Below, piece by piece: positions 1 through 9,832 of a DNA stretch of 35,102 nt; within the stretch, counting starts at the first letter, position 1; each line of letters starts with the position of its first letter. The notes beneath the pieces are model-generated. The model was not told the DNA's origin. It saw only the letters and a list, made by a program, of their open reading frames with translations, and made no database searches. The stretch comes from a virus (Duplodnaviria; Caudoviricetes): IMG/VR virus record IMGVR_UViG_3300031628_000015, positions 1 through 35,102 of that record. One strand, given 5' to 3'. The translations under genes were made by a program, and so were the position numbers.

Positions 1-63
1 CTATGGAAACAATTTAATGAAACAATGCCTGTTTCTATAGAATTTAATATAAACTTTAATTAA
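1..63 (+). CDS. 3' end of an upstream hypothetical phage gene (partial)
   Basis: Frame 1 reads LWKQFNETMPVSIEFNINFN* with TAA at 61-63; open from the window edge and co-oriented with the downstream operon. Confidence 0.6.
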   Translation, partial: LWKQFNETMPVSIEFNINFN

Positions 64-72
64 TGAAATCAA

Positions 73-636
73 ATGCAATCACCTTTCAGCTTTATCGTAG
101 AACCTTTAAAAGGAAAACGATACGATAACACAAGAACACATGGCGATGTAGAACTAATTGTAAGTACTTCACAGGAAGACCACAAATTTTCAAACCGTTA
201 TGCTGTTGTAAAACATTTACCTTTAAATTATTGTGGTCCTATAAAAATAGGAGATACTCTTTTAGTTCATCATAATGTTTTTAAAATATATTATGACATG
301 AAAGGCGTTGAAAAAAGTGGTAAAAGTTATTTTAAAGACAATTTATTTTTTATAGAAAACGACCAATTTTTTTTATACAAGACTAATAATGAATGGCATG
401 CTCATGATAAATATTGTTTTGTAGAACCTATATTGAGTAAAGAATATTATATAGATAAGATAGTTAAATACGAACCATTAGTTGGTGTTGTTAGATATCC
501 AAATAAAGAATTAATTTATCATGGAATAAAAGCCGGAGATGAAGTTGTTTTTAAACCCGAAAGTGAATATGAATTTACTGTTGATGGAGTTTTAATGTAT
601 CGTATTATGTCACAATTCATAACAGTTAAATTATGA
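73..636 (+). CDS. GroES-like co-chaperonin with two tandem Cpn10-like domains
   Basis: Two repeats of the GroES pattern: FIVEP...AVV...IKIGDTLLV and CFVEP...GVV...IKAGDEVVFKPESEYEFTVDG..MYRI; located at the head of the capsid module. Confidence 0.7.
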   Translation: MQSPFSFIVEPLKGKRYDNTRTHGDVELIVSTSQEDHKFSNRYAVVKHLPLNYCGPIKIGDTLLVHHNVFKIYYDMKGVEKSGKSYFKDNLFFIENDQFFLYKTNNEWHAHDKYCFVEPILSKEYYIDKIVKYEPLVGVVRYPNKELIYHGIKAGDEVVFKPESEYEFTVDGVLMYRIMSQFITVKL

Positions 637-911
637 ATAGCAACGAAGTAAAATTAAAAATTATCGATGCAGCAAAAAAAGCTGTAGAAGAATTAATTAA
701 TGTTGCAAAAGAAAAAATTGTTACAGGAACTGAAGATGATGTGTCAGCTGATAGATTAAAAAATGCAGCTGCAACAAAAAAACTTGCTATATTTGATGCG
801 TTTGAAATATTAGCTAGAATAGAACAAGAACAAGAAGTTATAAATATTGAGAGTAAAGGTCTAACTAAAACTAACACCAATCAAGGTTTTGCAGAAAGAA
901 GGTCTAAGTAA
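633..911 (+). CDS. small helical protein, putative terminase small subunit
   Basis: 92 aa, helical-looking, ATGA overlap with the upstream gene, immediately upstream of TerL. Function inferred from position only. Confidence 0.45.
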   Translation: MNSNEVKLKIIDAAKKAVEELINVAKEKIVTGTEDDVSADRLKNAAATKKLAIFDAFEILARIEQEQEVINIESKGLTKTNTNQGFAERRSK

Positions 912-3132
912 ACTATATACAGAATTATATGATGTAATTCCAAAATCTGTTCTTACTAATAAAAACAAAAGAAAGAGTTGGGAGTATGGATTTGACGAAA
1001 AATATGGAATCGTTGTTATATCAACTAATGGAACTATAGGTAAGATTATTCAAATGAATGGTGTAGATATTGCACTTCCTAAACAGCCTGAATTTATAAA
1101 TAAAAGAAAGGAAAAGACAAGCGAACAGTATTGGGAAAGACATGAATATCCTAAAGTTTTAAAAAGAATTCCTTCTATATTTCAATGGAACAATCAAAAC
1201 TCAGTTTTTAAAAATCAATGGATTGATTATATTGAAAAGGAATTTGATTTTAGAGAAGAAGGTTTTTGGTTTTATAATAAAGGTAAACCAACATATATTA
1301 CAGGTTCTCATTATGTGTATTTACAATGGACTAAAATAGATATAGGTTTTCCTGATTATAGAGAGGCAAACAGGTTGTTTTTTATTTATTGGGAAGCATG
1401 CAAAGCTGATAAAAGAAGTTTTGGATTATGTTATTTAAAAATAAGACGTTCAGGGTTTTCTTTTATGGGTTCATCTGAATGTATAAATACAGGAACATTA
1501 GCTAAGGATGCTAGAGTAGGTATTTTATCTAAAACAGGTTCTGATGCAAAAAAAATGTTTACAGATAAAGTTGTTCCTATTGGGAATAATTTACCTTTCT
1601 TTTTTAAACCTATTCAAGATGGAATGGATAAGCCAAAAACTGAATTAGCATTTAGAATTCCTGCATCTAAAATTACAAAAAAAAATATGTATCTAGTTGA
1701 AAGCGAAGAGCTTGATGGATTAGATACTACAATAGATTGGAAAAATACTGATGATAATTCCTATGATGGTGAAAAACTTTTATTATTAGTTCACGATGAA
1801 AGTGGAAAATGGTTAAAGCCTAATAATATTTTAAATAATTGGAGAGTTACAAAAACTTGTTTAAGATTAGGTAGTAAAATAATTGGCAAATGTATGATGG
1901 GTTCAACATCTAATGCATTAAGTAAAGGTGGAGATAATTTTAAAAATTTATTTGAAGACTCTGACCCTACAAAAAGAAATGCCAACGGTCAAACTAAAAG
2001 TGGTTTATATAATTTGTTTATTCCTATGGAATGGAATATGGAAGGGTTTATTGACAGATACGGTATGCCTGTTTTACATTCTCCTTCAACTCCTGTGTTA
2101 GGCATTGATAATCAGAAGATTAGAGTCGGTGCTATAGAGTATTGGCAGAACGAAGTTGATTCTTTAAAAAATGATGCTGATGCTCTTAATGAATACTACA
2201 GACAATTTCCTAGAACAGAATCACATGCATTTAGAGATGAAAGTAAACAGTCTTTGTTTAATTTAACTAAGATATATCAACAGATTGATTATAATGATTC
2301 TTTAATAATAGAACATCATACAACAAGAGGAAGTTTTTATTGGAAAGACGGTATTAAAGATACAGAAGTAATATTTAGACCTGACAAGAAAGGAAGATTT
2401 AATGTAGGATGGACTCCTAAAAAAGAAATGCAAAATAGATTTTATTTAAAAAATGGAATTAAATATCCTGCTAATGAACACATAGGTTCTTTTGGTTGTG
2501 ATTCATATGATATATCCGGAGTTGTTGGTGGAGGTGGTTCTAACGGAGCTTTGCATGGAATGACTAAATTTAATATGGACGAAGCACCTAGTAATGAATT
2601 TTTTTTAGAATATGTAGCTAGACCACAAACAGCTGAAATATTTTTTGAAGAAGTTTTGATGGCTTGTGTGTTTTATGGCATGCCTATATTGTGTGAAAAC
2701 AATAAGCCAAGATTATTGTATCACTTTAAAAATAGAGGATATAGAGGGTTTAGTATGAATAGACCTGATAAAGTATTTAATAAATTATCAAAAACTGAAA
2801 GAGAACTAGGAGGTATTCCAAACTCTAGTGAAGATGTAAAACAATCACATGCATCAGCTGTAGAATCATACATAGAAAAACATGTAGGATTGGATTTAGA
2901 TGAGTCCTTTAGAGAGCTAGATGATATGGGCTCTATGTACTTTACAAGAACATTAGAAGATTGGGCAAAATTTGATATATCTAACAGAACAAAGTTTGAT
3001 GCTACGATTAGTTCAGGGTTAGCTATAATGGCAAATCAAAAACACTTATATTTACCAATCAAAAAAGAGTCAAAAATAAGCATTAACTTTGCAAGATACA
3101 CGAACACAGGAACTATTAGCGAAATATTGTAA
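889..3132 (+). CDS. terL: terminase large subunit (start codon uncertain; TTG at 889)
   Basis: Walker A-like LKIRRSGFS, Walker B LLVHDESGK, motif C MMGSTSN, RNase H-like nuclease FGCDSYD and KFDATISSG; about 750 aa as in crAss-like TerL; directly upstream of the portal. Confidence 0.92.
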   Translation: MQKEGLSKLYTELYDVIPKSVLTNKNKRKSWEYGFDEKYGIVVISTNGTIGKIIQMNGVDIALPKQPEFINKRKEKTSEQYWERHEYPKVLKRIPSIFQWNNQNSVFKNQWIDYIEKEFDFREEGFWFYNKGKPTYITGSHYVYLQWTKIDIGFPDYREANRLFFIYWEACKADKRSFGLCYLKIRRSGFSFMGSSECINTGTLAKDARVGILSKTGSDAKKMFTDKVVPIGNNLPFFFKPIQDGMDKPKTELAFRIPASKITKKNMYLVESEELDGLDTTIDWKNTDDNSYDGEKLLLLVHDESGKWLKPNNILNNWRVTKTCLRLGSKIIGKCMMGSTSNALSKGGDNFKNLFEDSDPTKRNANGQTKSGLYNLFIPMEWNMEGFIDRYGMPVLHSPSTPVLGIDNQKIRVGAIEYWQNEVDSLKNDADALNEYYRQFPRTESHAFRDESKQSLFNLTKIYQQIDYNDSLIIEHHTTRGSFYWKDGIKDTEVIFRPDKKGRFNVGWTPKKEMQNRFYLKNGIKYPANEHIGSFGCDSYDISGVVGGGGSNGALHGMTKFNMDEAPSNEFFLEYVARPQTAEIFFEEVLMACVFYGMPILCENNKPRLLYHFKNRGYRGFSMNRPDKVFNKLSKTERELGGIPNSSEDVKQSHASAVESYIEKHVGLDLDESFRELDDMGSMYFTRTLEDWAKFDISNRTKFDATISSGLAIMANQKHLYLPIKKESKISINFARYTNTGTISEIL
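3084..3091 (+). promoter_or_regulatory. Bacteroidota sigma70-type -7 box (TAACTTTG) inside the 3' end of terL, upstream of the portal
   Basis: Exact match to TAnnTTTG (TAACTTTGCA), ending 41 nt before the portal ATG. Confidence 0.55.
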
Positions 3133-5568
3133 ATGAAAGAAATTAATATAGATATCACTTCCGCAGGATTCCCTAGTCAATTTGTTACAGATGCCGAAAA
3201 AGAAACAGAAACATTTGGGTTACAAATAGGACAGGCTATTCAATACGAGTGGTTTAGAAAAGACGGAGTTGGTTGTAGATATTATAGTCAATGGCAAATG
3301 TTCAACCGATTAAGACTTTATGCAAGAGGTGAACAGTCAATAGGAAAATATAAAAACGAATTAGCAATTGATGGAGATTTAAGTTATCTAAACTTAGATT
3401 GGTCTATTGTTCCAATTATACCAAAGTTTGTAGACATAGTTGTTAATGGAATGTCTGACAGATTATTTAAAGTACAGGCGTATGCGCAAGATGCAATGTC
3501 TCAACAAAAAAGAAGCAAATATCAAGATGTAGTGGAAGGTCAAATGGCTGCAAAAGATATATTACAAGATATACAAAAAGATTTTAATGTAGACCCGTTT
3601 ATAGTTAATGCAGATAGTTTGCCAACTACAGATGAAGAGTTGTCATTATATATGAATTTAAATTATAAGCCTGCTATTGAAATAGCTGAAGAAGAGGCTA
3701 TTAATACTTTGTTTCAAGATAATCATTACGAAGATATTAGAAAACAAATTGATTATGATATTACTGTTTTAGGTATTGGAGTTGCAAAACATGAATTTTT
3801 ATTAGGTTCAGGTGTTGAGATTTCATATGTAGACCCTGCAAACGTAGTTTATAGTTATACAGAAGATAAGCATTTTAAAGATTGTTTTTATTGGGGCGAA
3901 ATTAAAACAGTTCCAATAACAGAATTGATAAAAATACAGCCAACATTAACTGTAGAAGATTTAGAAGAAATAAGTAAATACAGTCAAAGTTGGTATGATT
4001 ATTTTAATACTGCACAATATTTTCAAAATAGTATTTTTTATAGAGATACAGCAACACTTATGTATTTTAATTATAAAACTACTAAAGAATTTGTATATAA
4101 AAAGAAAAAATATGATGGTGGAGGAAGTAAGGTAATTGAAAAAGATGACCAATTTAATCCTCCTGAAGATGTAATGGAAGAAGGTAATTTTGAAAAAGTT
4201 AGCAAACGTATTGATGTATGGTATGAAGGTGTAATGGTAATGGGTACTAATTTTATCTTAAAATGGAAGTTATCAGAAAACATGGTACGTCCCAAATCCG
4301 CTTCACAACATGCTATACCTAATTATGTAGCTGTAGCTCCAAGAATGTATAAAGGTTCTATAGAATCTTTAACTAGAAGAATGATACCATTTGCAGATTT
4401 AATTCAAATTACACATTTAAAACTCCAACAAGTAATAGCTAAAGTTGTTCCTGATGGAGTCTTTATTGATGCTGATGGTTTGAATGAAGTAGATTTAGGT
4501 ACGGGAGCAGCATATAATCCTGAAGATGCTTTACGTTTATATTTTCAAACAGGTAGTGTTGTTGGTAGAAGTTATACTCAAGACGGAGAGTTTAATCAAG
4601 CAAGAGTTCCTATACAACAATTAACATCTAGTAGTGGTGCAAGTAAAACACAAATGTTAATTACTAATTATAATCATTATATGGATATGATTAGAACTGT
4701 TACAGGTTTAAATGAAGCTAGAGATGGCTCTACTCCTGACCCTAACGCTTTAGTTGGTGTACAGAAATTAGCAGCTTTAAATTCTAACACAGCAACTAGA
4801 CATATTTTAGATGCAAGTTTATATGTATATAGAACTTTAGCAGAAGCTTTATCTTATAGGGTTGCAGATGTTTTAGAGTATTCGGATTTCAAAGATGAGT
4901 TTATAAATCAAATAGGCAAGTTTAATGTTTCTATTTTAAATGATATACAAGACTTATATATATATGACTTTGGAATATTTATTGAAGTAGCACCTGATGA
5001 AGAACAAAGACAATTGTTAGAGCAAAATATTAATATGGCTTTATCTAAAGGAGATATAAACCTTGAAGATGCTATTGATATTAGACAATTAAAAAATCTA
5101 AAATTAGCTAATCAATTATTAAAATTAAAAAGAAGACGAAAGCAAGAAGAAGACGATAAAAAAGAAGCTATGAAGCAAGCTATGGCTGCAGCTCAAAATT
5201 TAAAGTCTCAACAAATGGCAGGTCAAATTTCTCAACAAAAAATTCAAATGGAAGCTCAAGCGAAAATGCAATATCGTCAAGCTGATGTTGCTTTTGAAAT
5301 TGAAAAATTAAAAGTTGAAGCTGAATTAAAAGCAGGTTTAATGGATAAAGAATTTGAAATGAACATGCAACTTAGAAATGTAGATGCAGAATTAATGCAA
5401 ACTAGAGAAAAAGAAAGAGAAACATCTAAGTCAGCAAGAATAAGCCAACAAAATACTCAACAATCAAATCTTATAAATCAAAAGAAAAATAATTTACCAC
5501 CTCAATCATTTGAGTCTAATGAAGATAGCTTAGATGGTTTTGATATGGCAGAATTTGACCCTAGATAA
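3133..5568 (+). CDS. portal protein
   Basis: 811 aa following TerL; IIPKFVDIVVNG motif, TGLNEARDG/GVQKLA stem region, long Q/E/K-rich coiled-coil C-terminus typical of podoviral portals. Confidence 0.88.
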   Translation: MKEINIDITSAGFPSQFVTDAEKETETFGLQIGQAIQYEWFRKDGVGCRYYSQWQMFNRLRLYARGEQSIGKYKNELAIDGDLSYLNLDWSIVPIIPKFVDIVVNGMSDRLFKVQAYAQDAMSQQKRSKYQDVVEGQMAAKDILQDIQKDFNVDPFIVNADSLPTTDEELSLYMNLNYKPAIEIAEEEAINTLFQDNHYEDIRKQIDYDITVLGIGVAKHEFLLGSGVEISYVDPANVVYSYTEDKHFKDCFYWGEIKTVPITELIKIQPTLTVEDLEEISKYSQSWYDYFNTAQYFQNSIFYRDTATLMYFNYKTTKEFVYKKKKYDGGGSKVIEKDDQFNPPEDVMEEGNFEKVSKRIDVWYEGVMVMGTNFILKWKLSENMVRPKSASQHAIPNYVAVAPRMYKGSIESLTRRMIPFADLIQITHLKLQQVIAKVVPDGVFIDADGLNEVDLGTGAAYNPEDALRLYFQTGSVVGRSYTQDGEFNQARVPIQQLTSSSGASKTQMLITNYNHYMDMIRTVTGLNEARDGSTPDPNALVGVQKLAALNSNTATRHILDASLYVYRTLAEALSYRVADVLEYSDFKDEFINQIGKFNVSILNDIQDLYIYDFGIFIEVAPDEEQRQLLEQNINMALSKGDINLEDAIDIRQLKNLKLANQLLKLKRRRKQEEDDKKEAMKQAMAAAQNLKSQQMAGQISQQKIQMEAQAKMQYRQADVAFEIEKLKVEAELKAGLMDKEFEMNMQLRNVDAELMQTREKERETSKSARISQQNTQQSNLINQKKNNLPPQSFESNEDSLDGFDMAEFDPR

Positions 5569-5597
5569 ACGGGTTAAATTTTTTCTAATATATTATG

Positions 5598-5605
5598 TAA
5601 CTTTG
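5598..5605 (+). promoter_or_regulatory. Bacteroidota -7 promoter box (TAACTTTG) for scaffold and capsid genes
   Basis: Exact TAnnTTTG in the intergenic gap, ending 21 nt before ATG 5627. Confidence 0.7.
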
Positions 5606-5626
5606 TATAAATTAAAATAAAATCAA

Positions 5627-6727
5627 ATGAATAAAATGAATCTAGAGAACATTAAGGTAAGAGAAGTAAGTGGACCTGAAAAAGGTACAGCTGAAATAGA
5701 ACAAGAATTATTAGATACTCACAAATTAAAAGAAGAACAAGGTGAGACAGCAGAAGTAGTTCTTGAAGAAAAAAATACCGAACTTAAAGAAGAATTAACT
5801 GATGAGTCAGTTTTAAATTTTTTAGGTAAAAGATATAATAAAGAAATTAATTCATTTGATGAGTTAATGCAAGAAAAAGAAGTAACACCTGACTTACCGG
5901 AAGATGTTACAGCTTTTTTAAAGTTTAAAAAAGATACAGGCAGAGGTATAGCAGATTATGTTTCTTTAAATAGAGATTTTGAAGCTATGCAGCCTGATAA
6001 TTTGTTAGCAGAGTATTTTTTAGCTACTGATGAAGCTATTGATTCTGAAGATGTAGATGCGTTATTAGACGATTATACATATGATGAAGATGTAGATGAT
6101 GAAAAAGCTATAAAGAAGAAAAAGTTAGCAAAGAAAAGAGCAGTTGTAAAAGCAAGAAATTATTTTACACAGCAGAAAGAACAATATAAACAACCTCTTG
6201 AGTCAAGAACGGTTGAAAATTCTGAAGCTAGTAAATATAAAGAAGAGCAGGAGCAAAGGTTGAAGAGTGCAAAGAGTAATGAGGAAGTGACTAAGAAAAA
6301 ACAAGATTGGTTTAGACAAAAAACTAATGAAGTTTTTTCTAACGAGTTCAAAGGTTTTGAGTTTGAGTTAGGCGATAAAAAAATTACCTATAGTCCCGGT
6401 GATGCATCAGAGTTAAAAAGTAAACAATCTAATGTTTTAAATTTCATAAATAAATATATGAATCAAGAAACAGGAATGATTGATGATGCCAAAGGTTACC
6501 ACAGAGCTTTATCACTTGCAATGAATCCCGAAAAGTATGCTAAGTTCTTTTATGAGCAAGGCAAATCTGAAGGTGTAGATGGATTAGTTCGTAAGACAAA
6601 AAATGTCAATATGAATGTCCGTAGAACACCTGAAGTTTCAACTCAAAAGGGAGGCATGAAAGTTAGAGCTTTAAATTCGGATTCAGGTTCGGGTTTAAGG
6701 ATTAAAAGTACAAGAAAAATAAATTAG
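5627..6727 (+). CDS. putative capsid scaffolding/assembly protein
   Basis: Acidic, charged, helical 366-aa protein between portal and major capsid protein; basic C-terminal tail. Alternative start at 5636. Confidence 0.65.
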   Translation: MNKMNLENIKVREVSGPEKGTAEIEQELLDTHKLKEEQGETAEVVLEEKNTELKEELTDESVLNFLGKRYNKEINSFDELMQEKEVTPDLPEDVTAFLKFKKDTGRGIADYVSLNRDFEAMQPDNLLAEYFLATDEAIDSEDVDALLDDYTYDEDVDDEKAIKKKKLAKKRAVVKARNYFTQQKEQYKQPLESRTVENSEASKYKEEQEQRLKSAKSNEEVTKKKQDWFRQKTNEVFSNEFKGFEFELGDKKITYSPGDASELKSKQSNVLNFINKYMNQETGMIDDAKGYHRALSLAMNPEKYAKFFYEQGKSEGVDGLVRKTKNVNMNVRRTPEVSTQKGGMKVRALNSDSGSGLRIKSTRKIN

Positions 6728-6754
6728 TTTAACAAAAATTAAAAATTAAAAATT

Positions 6755-8209
6755 ATGGCAGTATTAGCAAACCCAACGTTTCAGTTGCAGCCAAGTGCTC
6801 AACAGGTGGCGTTGTCATCAAATTACATTAGCAATACTCAATTTAACTATTTGAATCAGTATCTACCGGATACTTTTGAAAAAGAGTTTGAGAGATATGG
6901 TAATAGAACAGTATCATCATTCTTAAGAATGGTTGGTGCAGAAATGCCTTCAAATTCTGACCTTATAAAATGGGCAGAACAAGGAAGACTTCACATTAAA
7001 TATACAGCGTGTGTATTAGGTGGAGCAGCAGCAGGAAATCCTAATGAAACTTTTACAGTTCCTGTAGCTCAAATTGACCCGGCAAGACAACCATCAGGTT
7101 CAGTAGCTCCCGCAGGAGCAGCAGGACAGATTGGTTTCAGAAAAGGTCAAACAGTTATGGTATCAGATGATACTGCAGCTTCTACATTAACTAACAAAGG
7201 TATTATTACTGCAGTTACAGCTGATAGTTTTACAGTTAGTTTTTACGAAGCAGCAGGACTTGCAGCTTATGCAGGAACAGTATCTGTATTTATTTATGGT
7301 TCTGAATTCAAAAAAGGTGTTACAGGAATGGAAGGCGGATTAATTTCTTCTGATTTCATTTTTGAAAATTCTCCAATTATCTTAAAAGATAAGTACCAAG
7401 TATCAGGTTCTGATATGGCACAAATTGGATGGATTGAAATTACTACTGAAGACGGAGCATCAGGATACATGTGGTACATGAAGTCTGAGCATGAAACAAG
7501 ACTACGTTTTGATGATTACTTAGAAACTTCTATGGTAGAAGCAGTTCCGGCTGAAGCAGGTTCAGGTGTGGCAACACAAGCTGTTTATGCTGATGCAGGT
7601 AACAAAGGTTCTGAAGGTGTATTCTACGTTGTAGGAAACAGAGGGAATATTTGGGGTGCAGGAAATCCTGTTGATTTAGCAGGTTTTGATAGCATTATCT
7701 CAAGATTAGATAAGCAAGGTTCTATTGAAGAAAACGTAATATTCGTTAATAGAAACTTCTCATTTGATATAGATGATATGTTAGCAGCTCAAAATTCTTA
7801 CGGTGCAGGTGGTTCGTCTTACGGATTATTTGACAACGATGAAGAAATGGCGTTAAATTTAGGATTCACAGGATTTAGAAGAGGTTATGACTTTTACAAA
7901 TCAGAGTGGAAATATCTAAATGACCCAACAATGAGAGGTGGATTAGTAGGTGGTTCAATCAATGGACTTTTAGTTCCTGCAGGTTCAACTACTGTTTATG
8001 ACCAAATACTTGGTAAAAACGCTAAGAGACCTTTCTTACATGTTAGATACAGAGCTTCTGAAACTGAAGATAGACGTTACAAGTCTTGGATTACAGGTTC
8101 AGCAGGTGGAGCACAAAATCAAGAGTTAGATGCTATGACAGTCAACTACCTTTCTGAAAGATGTGTTTGTACTTTAGGTGCTAACAATTTCTTCTTATTT
8201 CAAGCATAA
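6755..8209 (+). CDS. major capsid protein (HK97-type, crAss-like size)
   Basis: 484 aa, Gly/Ala-rich, IKWAEQGRLH motif, follows the scaffold gene and is followed by a strong terminator. Confidence 0.88.
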   Translation: MAVLANPTFQLQPSAQQVALSSNYISNTQFNYLNQYLPDTFEKEFERYGNRTVSSFLRMVGAEMPSNSDLIKWAEQGRLHIKYTACVLGGAAAGNPNETFTVPVAQIDPARQPSGSVAPAGAAGQIGFRKGQTVMVSDDTAASTLTNKGIITAVTADSFTVSFYEAAGLAAYAGTVSVFIYGSEFKKGVTGMEGGLISSDFIFENSPIILKDKYQVSGSDMAQIGWIEITTEDGASGYMWYMKSEHETRLRFDDYLETSMVEAVPAEAGSGVATQAVYADAGNKGSEGVFYVVGNRGNIWGAGNPVDLAGFDSIISRLDKQGSIEENVIFVNRNFSFDIDDMLAAQNSYGAGGSSYGLFDNDEEMALNLGFTGFRRGYDFYKSEWKYLNDPTMRGGLVGGSINGLLVPAGSTTVYDQILGKNAKRPFLHVRYRASETEDRRYKSWITGSAGGAQNQELDAMTVNYLSERCVCTLGANNFFLFQA

Positions 8210-8223
8210 GTAGAACAATTATT

Positions 8224-8253
8224 AAGGGGAGATTAATTTCTCCCCTTTTTTTT
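8224..8253 (+). terminator. Rho-independent terminator after the capsid gene
   Basis: Stem AAGGGGAGA (8224-8232) / TCTCCCCTT (8239-8247), loop TTAATT, followed by a T-run to 8253. Confidence 0.9.
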
Positions 8254-8276
8254 AACTTTAATTAAATTATAATCAA

Positions 8277-9023
8277 ATGAATAAAAGCAACAAATTCGTA
8301 GACCAAGTCTACAGACTAGCGGGAGATAAAACTCCCTTATCATACATGTTGGCTTCCCAACATAGTAAAAGATTTCCCTTAATGCATTTTGATGAAGAAC
8401 AAGGTATTAATAGACCTCTTCGTTATGCTAAAAATCAAAAATCTCCATTTATAGATGAACAAGATGGGAATGTGGTTTTAGACCCTATTATTTTTGAAGA
8501 TGGGATGTTAGCAGTACCAAGAACAAATCAAGTGTTACAATTATTTTTAAATATGCATCCGGGTTTCGGAGTGCAGTTTGAAGTAATAAATCAAGCAAAA
8601 GATGCGCAAGAAGATGTGGATATAATGAATTCAGAAGTGGATGCATTAATTTTAGCAAGACAAATGTCTTTATCTCAATTAGAAATGATTGGTAGAGTAT
8701 TGTTTGGAGATATAAGTAAAATCTCAACATCTGAATTAAAAAGAGATATGCTTGTGTTTGCAAGAAAATACCCTGCAGATTTATTAAACATGACTAATGA
8801 CCCAATGTTAATATTGCAGTCAAAAGTTCAATTGTTTGTAGATAATAAATTGTTGATATTTAAAAACAATAAAAGGGATGTACATTTTAATACTACTTCT
8901 AATAAAAAAAGAATGCTTACAATACCATTTGGTGAAGACCCATTATTTATAATGGCATCATATCTTCAATCAGACGAGGGTATAGAAGCTTTAAAACTTT
9001 TAGAAAAACGATTAGAAAACTAA
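8277..9023 (+). CDS. virion-module protein of unknown function
   Basis: 248-aa ORF with an A-rich start context, between the capsid gene and the ring/adaptor genes. Confidence 0.7.
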   Translation: MNKSNKFVDQVYRLAGDKTPLSYMLASQHSKRFPLMHFDEEQGINRPLRYAKNQKSPFIDEQDGNVVLDPIIFEDGMLAVPRTNQVLQLFLNMHPGFGVQFEVINQAKDAQEDVDIMNSEVDALILARQMSLSQLEMIGRVLFGDISKISTSELKRDMLVFARKYPADLLNMTNDPMLILQSKVQLFVDNKLLIFKNNKRDVHFNTTSNKKRMLTIPFGEDPLFIMASYLQSDEGIEALKLLEKRLEN

Positions 9024-9033
9024 TTAATATAAG

Positions 9034-9065
9034 AAGAGGCTAATAATTAAGCCTCTTTTTTTTTT
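9034..9065 (+). terminator. Rho-independent terminator
   Basis: Stem AAGAGGCT (9034-9041) / AGCCTCTT (9050-9057), with a T10 run at 9056-9065. Confidence 0.88.
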
Positions 9066-9068
9066 GAT

Positions 9069-9076
9069 TATCTTTG
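9069..9076 (+). promoter_or_regulatory. Bacteroidota -7 promoter box (TATCTTTG) for the tail genes
   Basis: Exact TAnnTTTG directly after the terminator, ending 15 nt before ATG 9092. Confidence 0.7.
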
Positions 9077-9091
9077 TAAAAAAGATTACAA

Positions 9092-9832
9092 ATGATTCAA
9101 CAAGTATATGAGGCTGTTTTAGCTATCTTAAATAAGAATAATTACGGATACTTAACACCTACTGATTTTAACTTATATGCACAACAAGCTCAGTTAGATT
9201 TATTTGAGGATGTGTTCTATCAATATAACAATCAGGTAAATAAAGAAAATGCAAGAGCTCAAGGAACAGGATATGCTGACATAAAAAAAGGTTTAGTAGA
9301 AGTTATTGATATGTTTTCGGTAACAGCTGCATTGACTAATATAGGTGGTATTAATACCTATCAACTTCCTTCAGTAGTAACAACGGGTTCAGATTTTTAT
9401 TTTATAAATAAAGTTTTAGCATTTAAAGCTGATGGTGTTACTTTTACGGGTGAGGCTGAAAGAGCTAGTCACAGTAAAATAACTTTGTTGAACAATTCTT
9501 TATACACAGCACCAACAATTACATACCCTGCGTACACTACCGAATCATCTACATTAACTATTTTTCCATCATCTATAAACGCAGCAAATCAATTACAAGC
9601 TCAATACATAAGATATCCCGCTACTCCTATATGGACATATGTATCATTAGGAGCTGCACAACAACCGCAATTTAGTATAACTCCAAGTTATCAAGATTTT
9701 GAGCTTCCATTAGATTACTTTCAAGATTTAGTAAATAAAATTTTACAATTTGCAGGAATGGAAATTAGAGAAACTGAAGTTGTTCAATACGCTTTAGGAC
9801 AAGAACAAATTGAAAACCAAGACGAACAATAA
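9092..9832 (+). CDS. putative tail tubular/ring (head-tail adaptor) protein
   Basis: 246 aa; N-terminal LNKNNYGYLTP.DFNLYAQQAQLD helix and C-terminal YIRYP...DFELP...LVNKIL pattern recalled from crAss/P22-gp4-like ring proteins; synteny. Confidence 0.65.
   Translation: MIQQVYEAVLAILNKNNYGYLTPTDFNLYAQQAQLDLFEDVFYQYNNQVNKENARAQGTGYADIKKGLVEVIDMFSVTAALTNIGGINTYQLPSVVTTGSDFYFINKVLAFKADGVTFTGEAERASHSKITLLNNSLYTAPTITYPAYTTESSTLTIFPSSINAANQLQAQYIRYPATPIWTYVSLGAAQQPQFSITPSYQDFELPLDYFQDLVNKILQFAGMEIRETEVVQYALGQEQIENQDEQ

Noticed and set aside
5556-5585. Weak hairpin GACCC...GGGTT at the portal stop
   Set aside because: Short stem, long loop and T-run not adjacent; not a convincing terminator.
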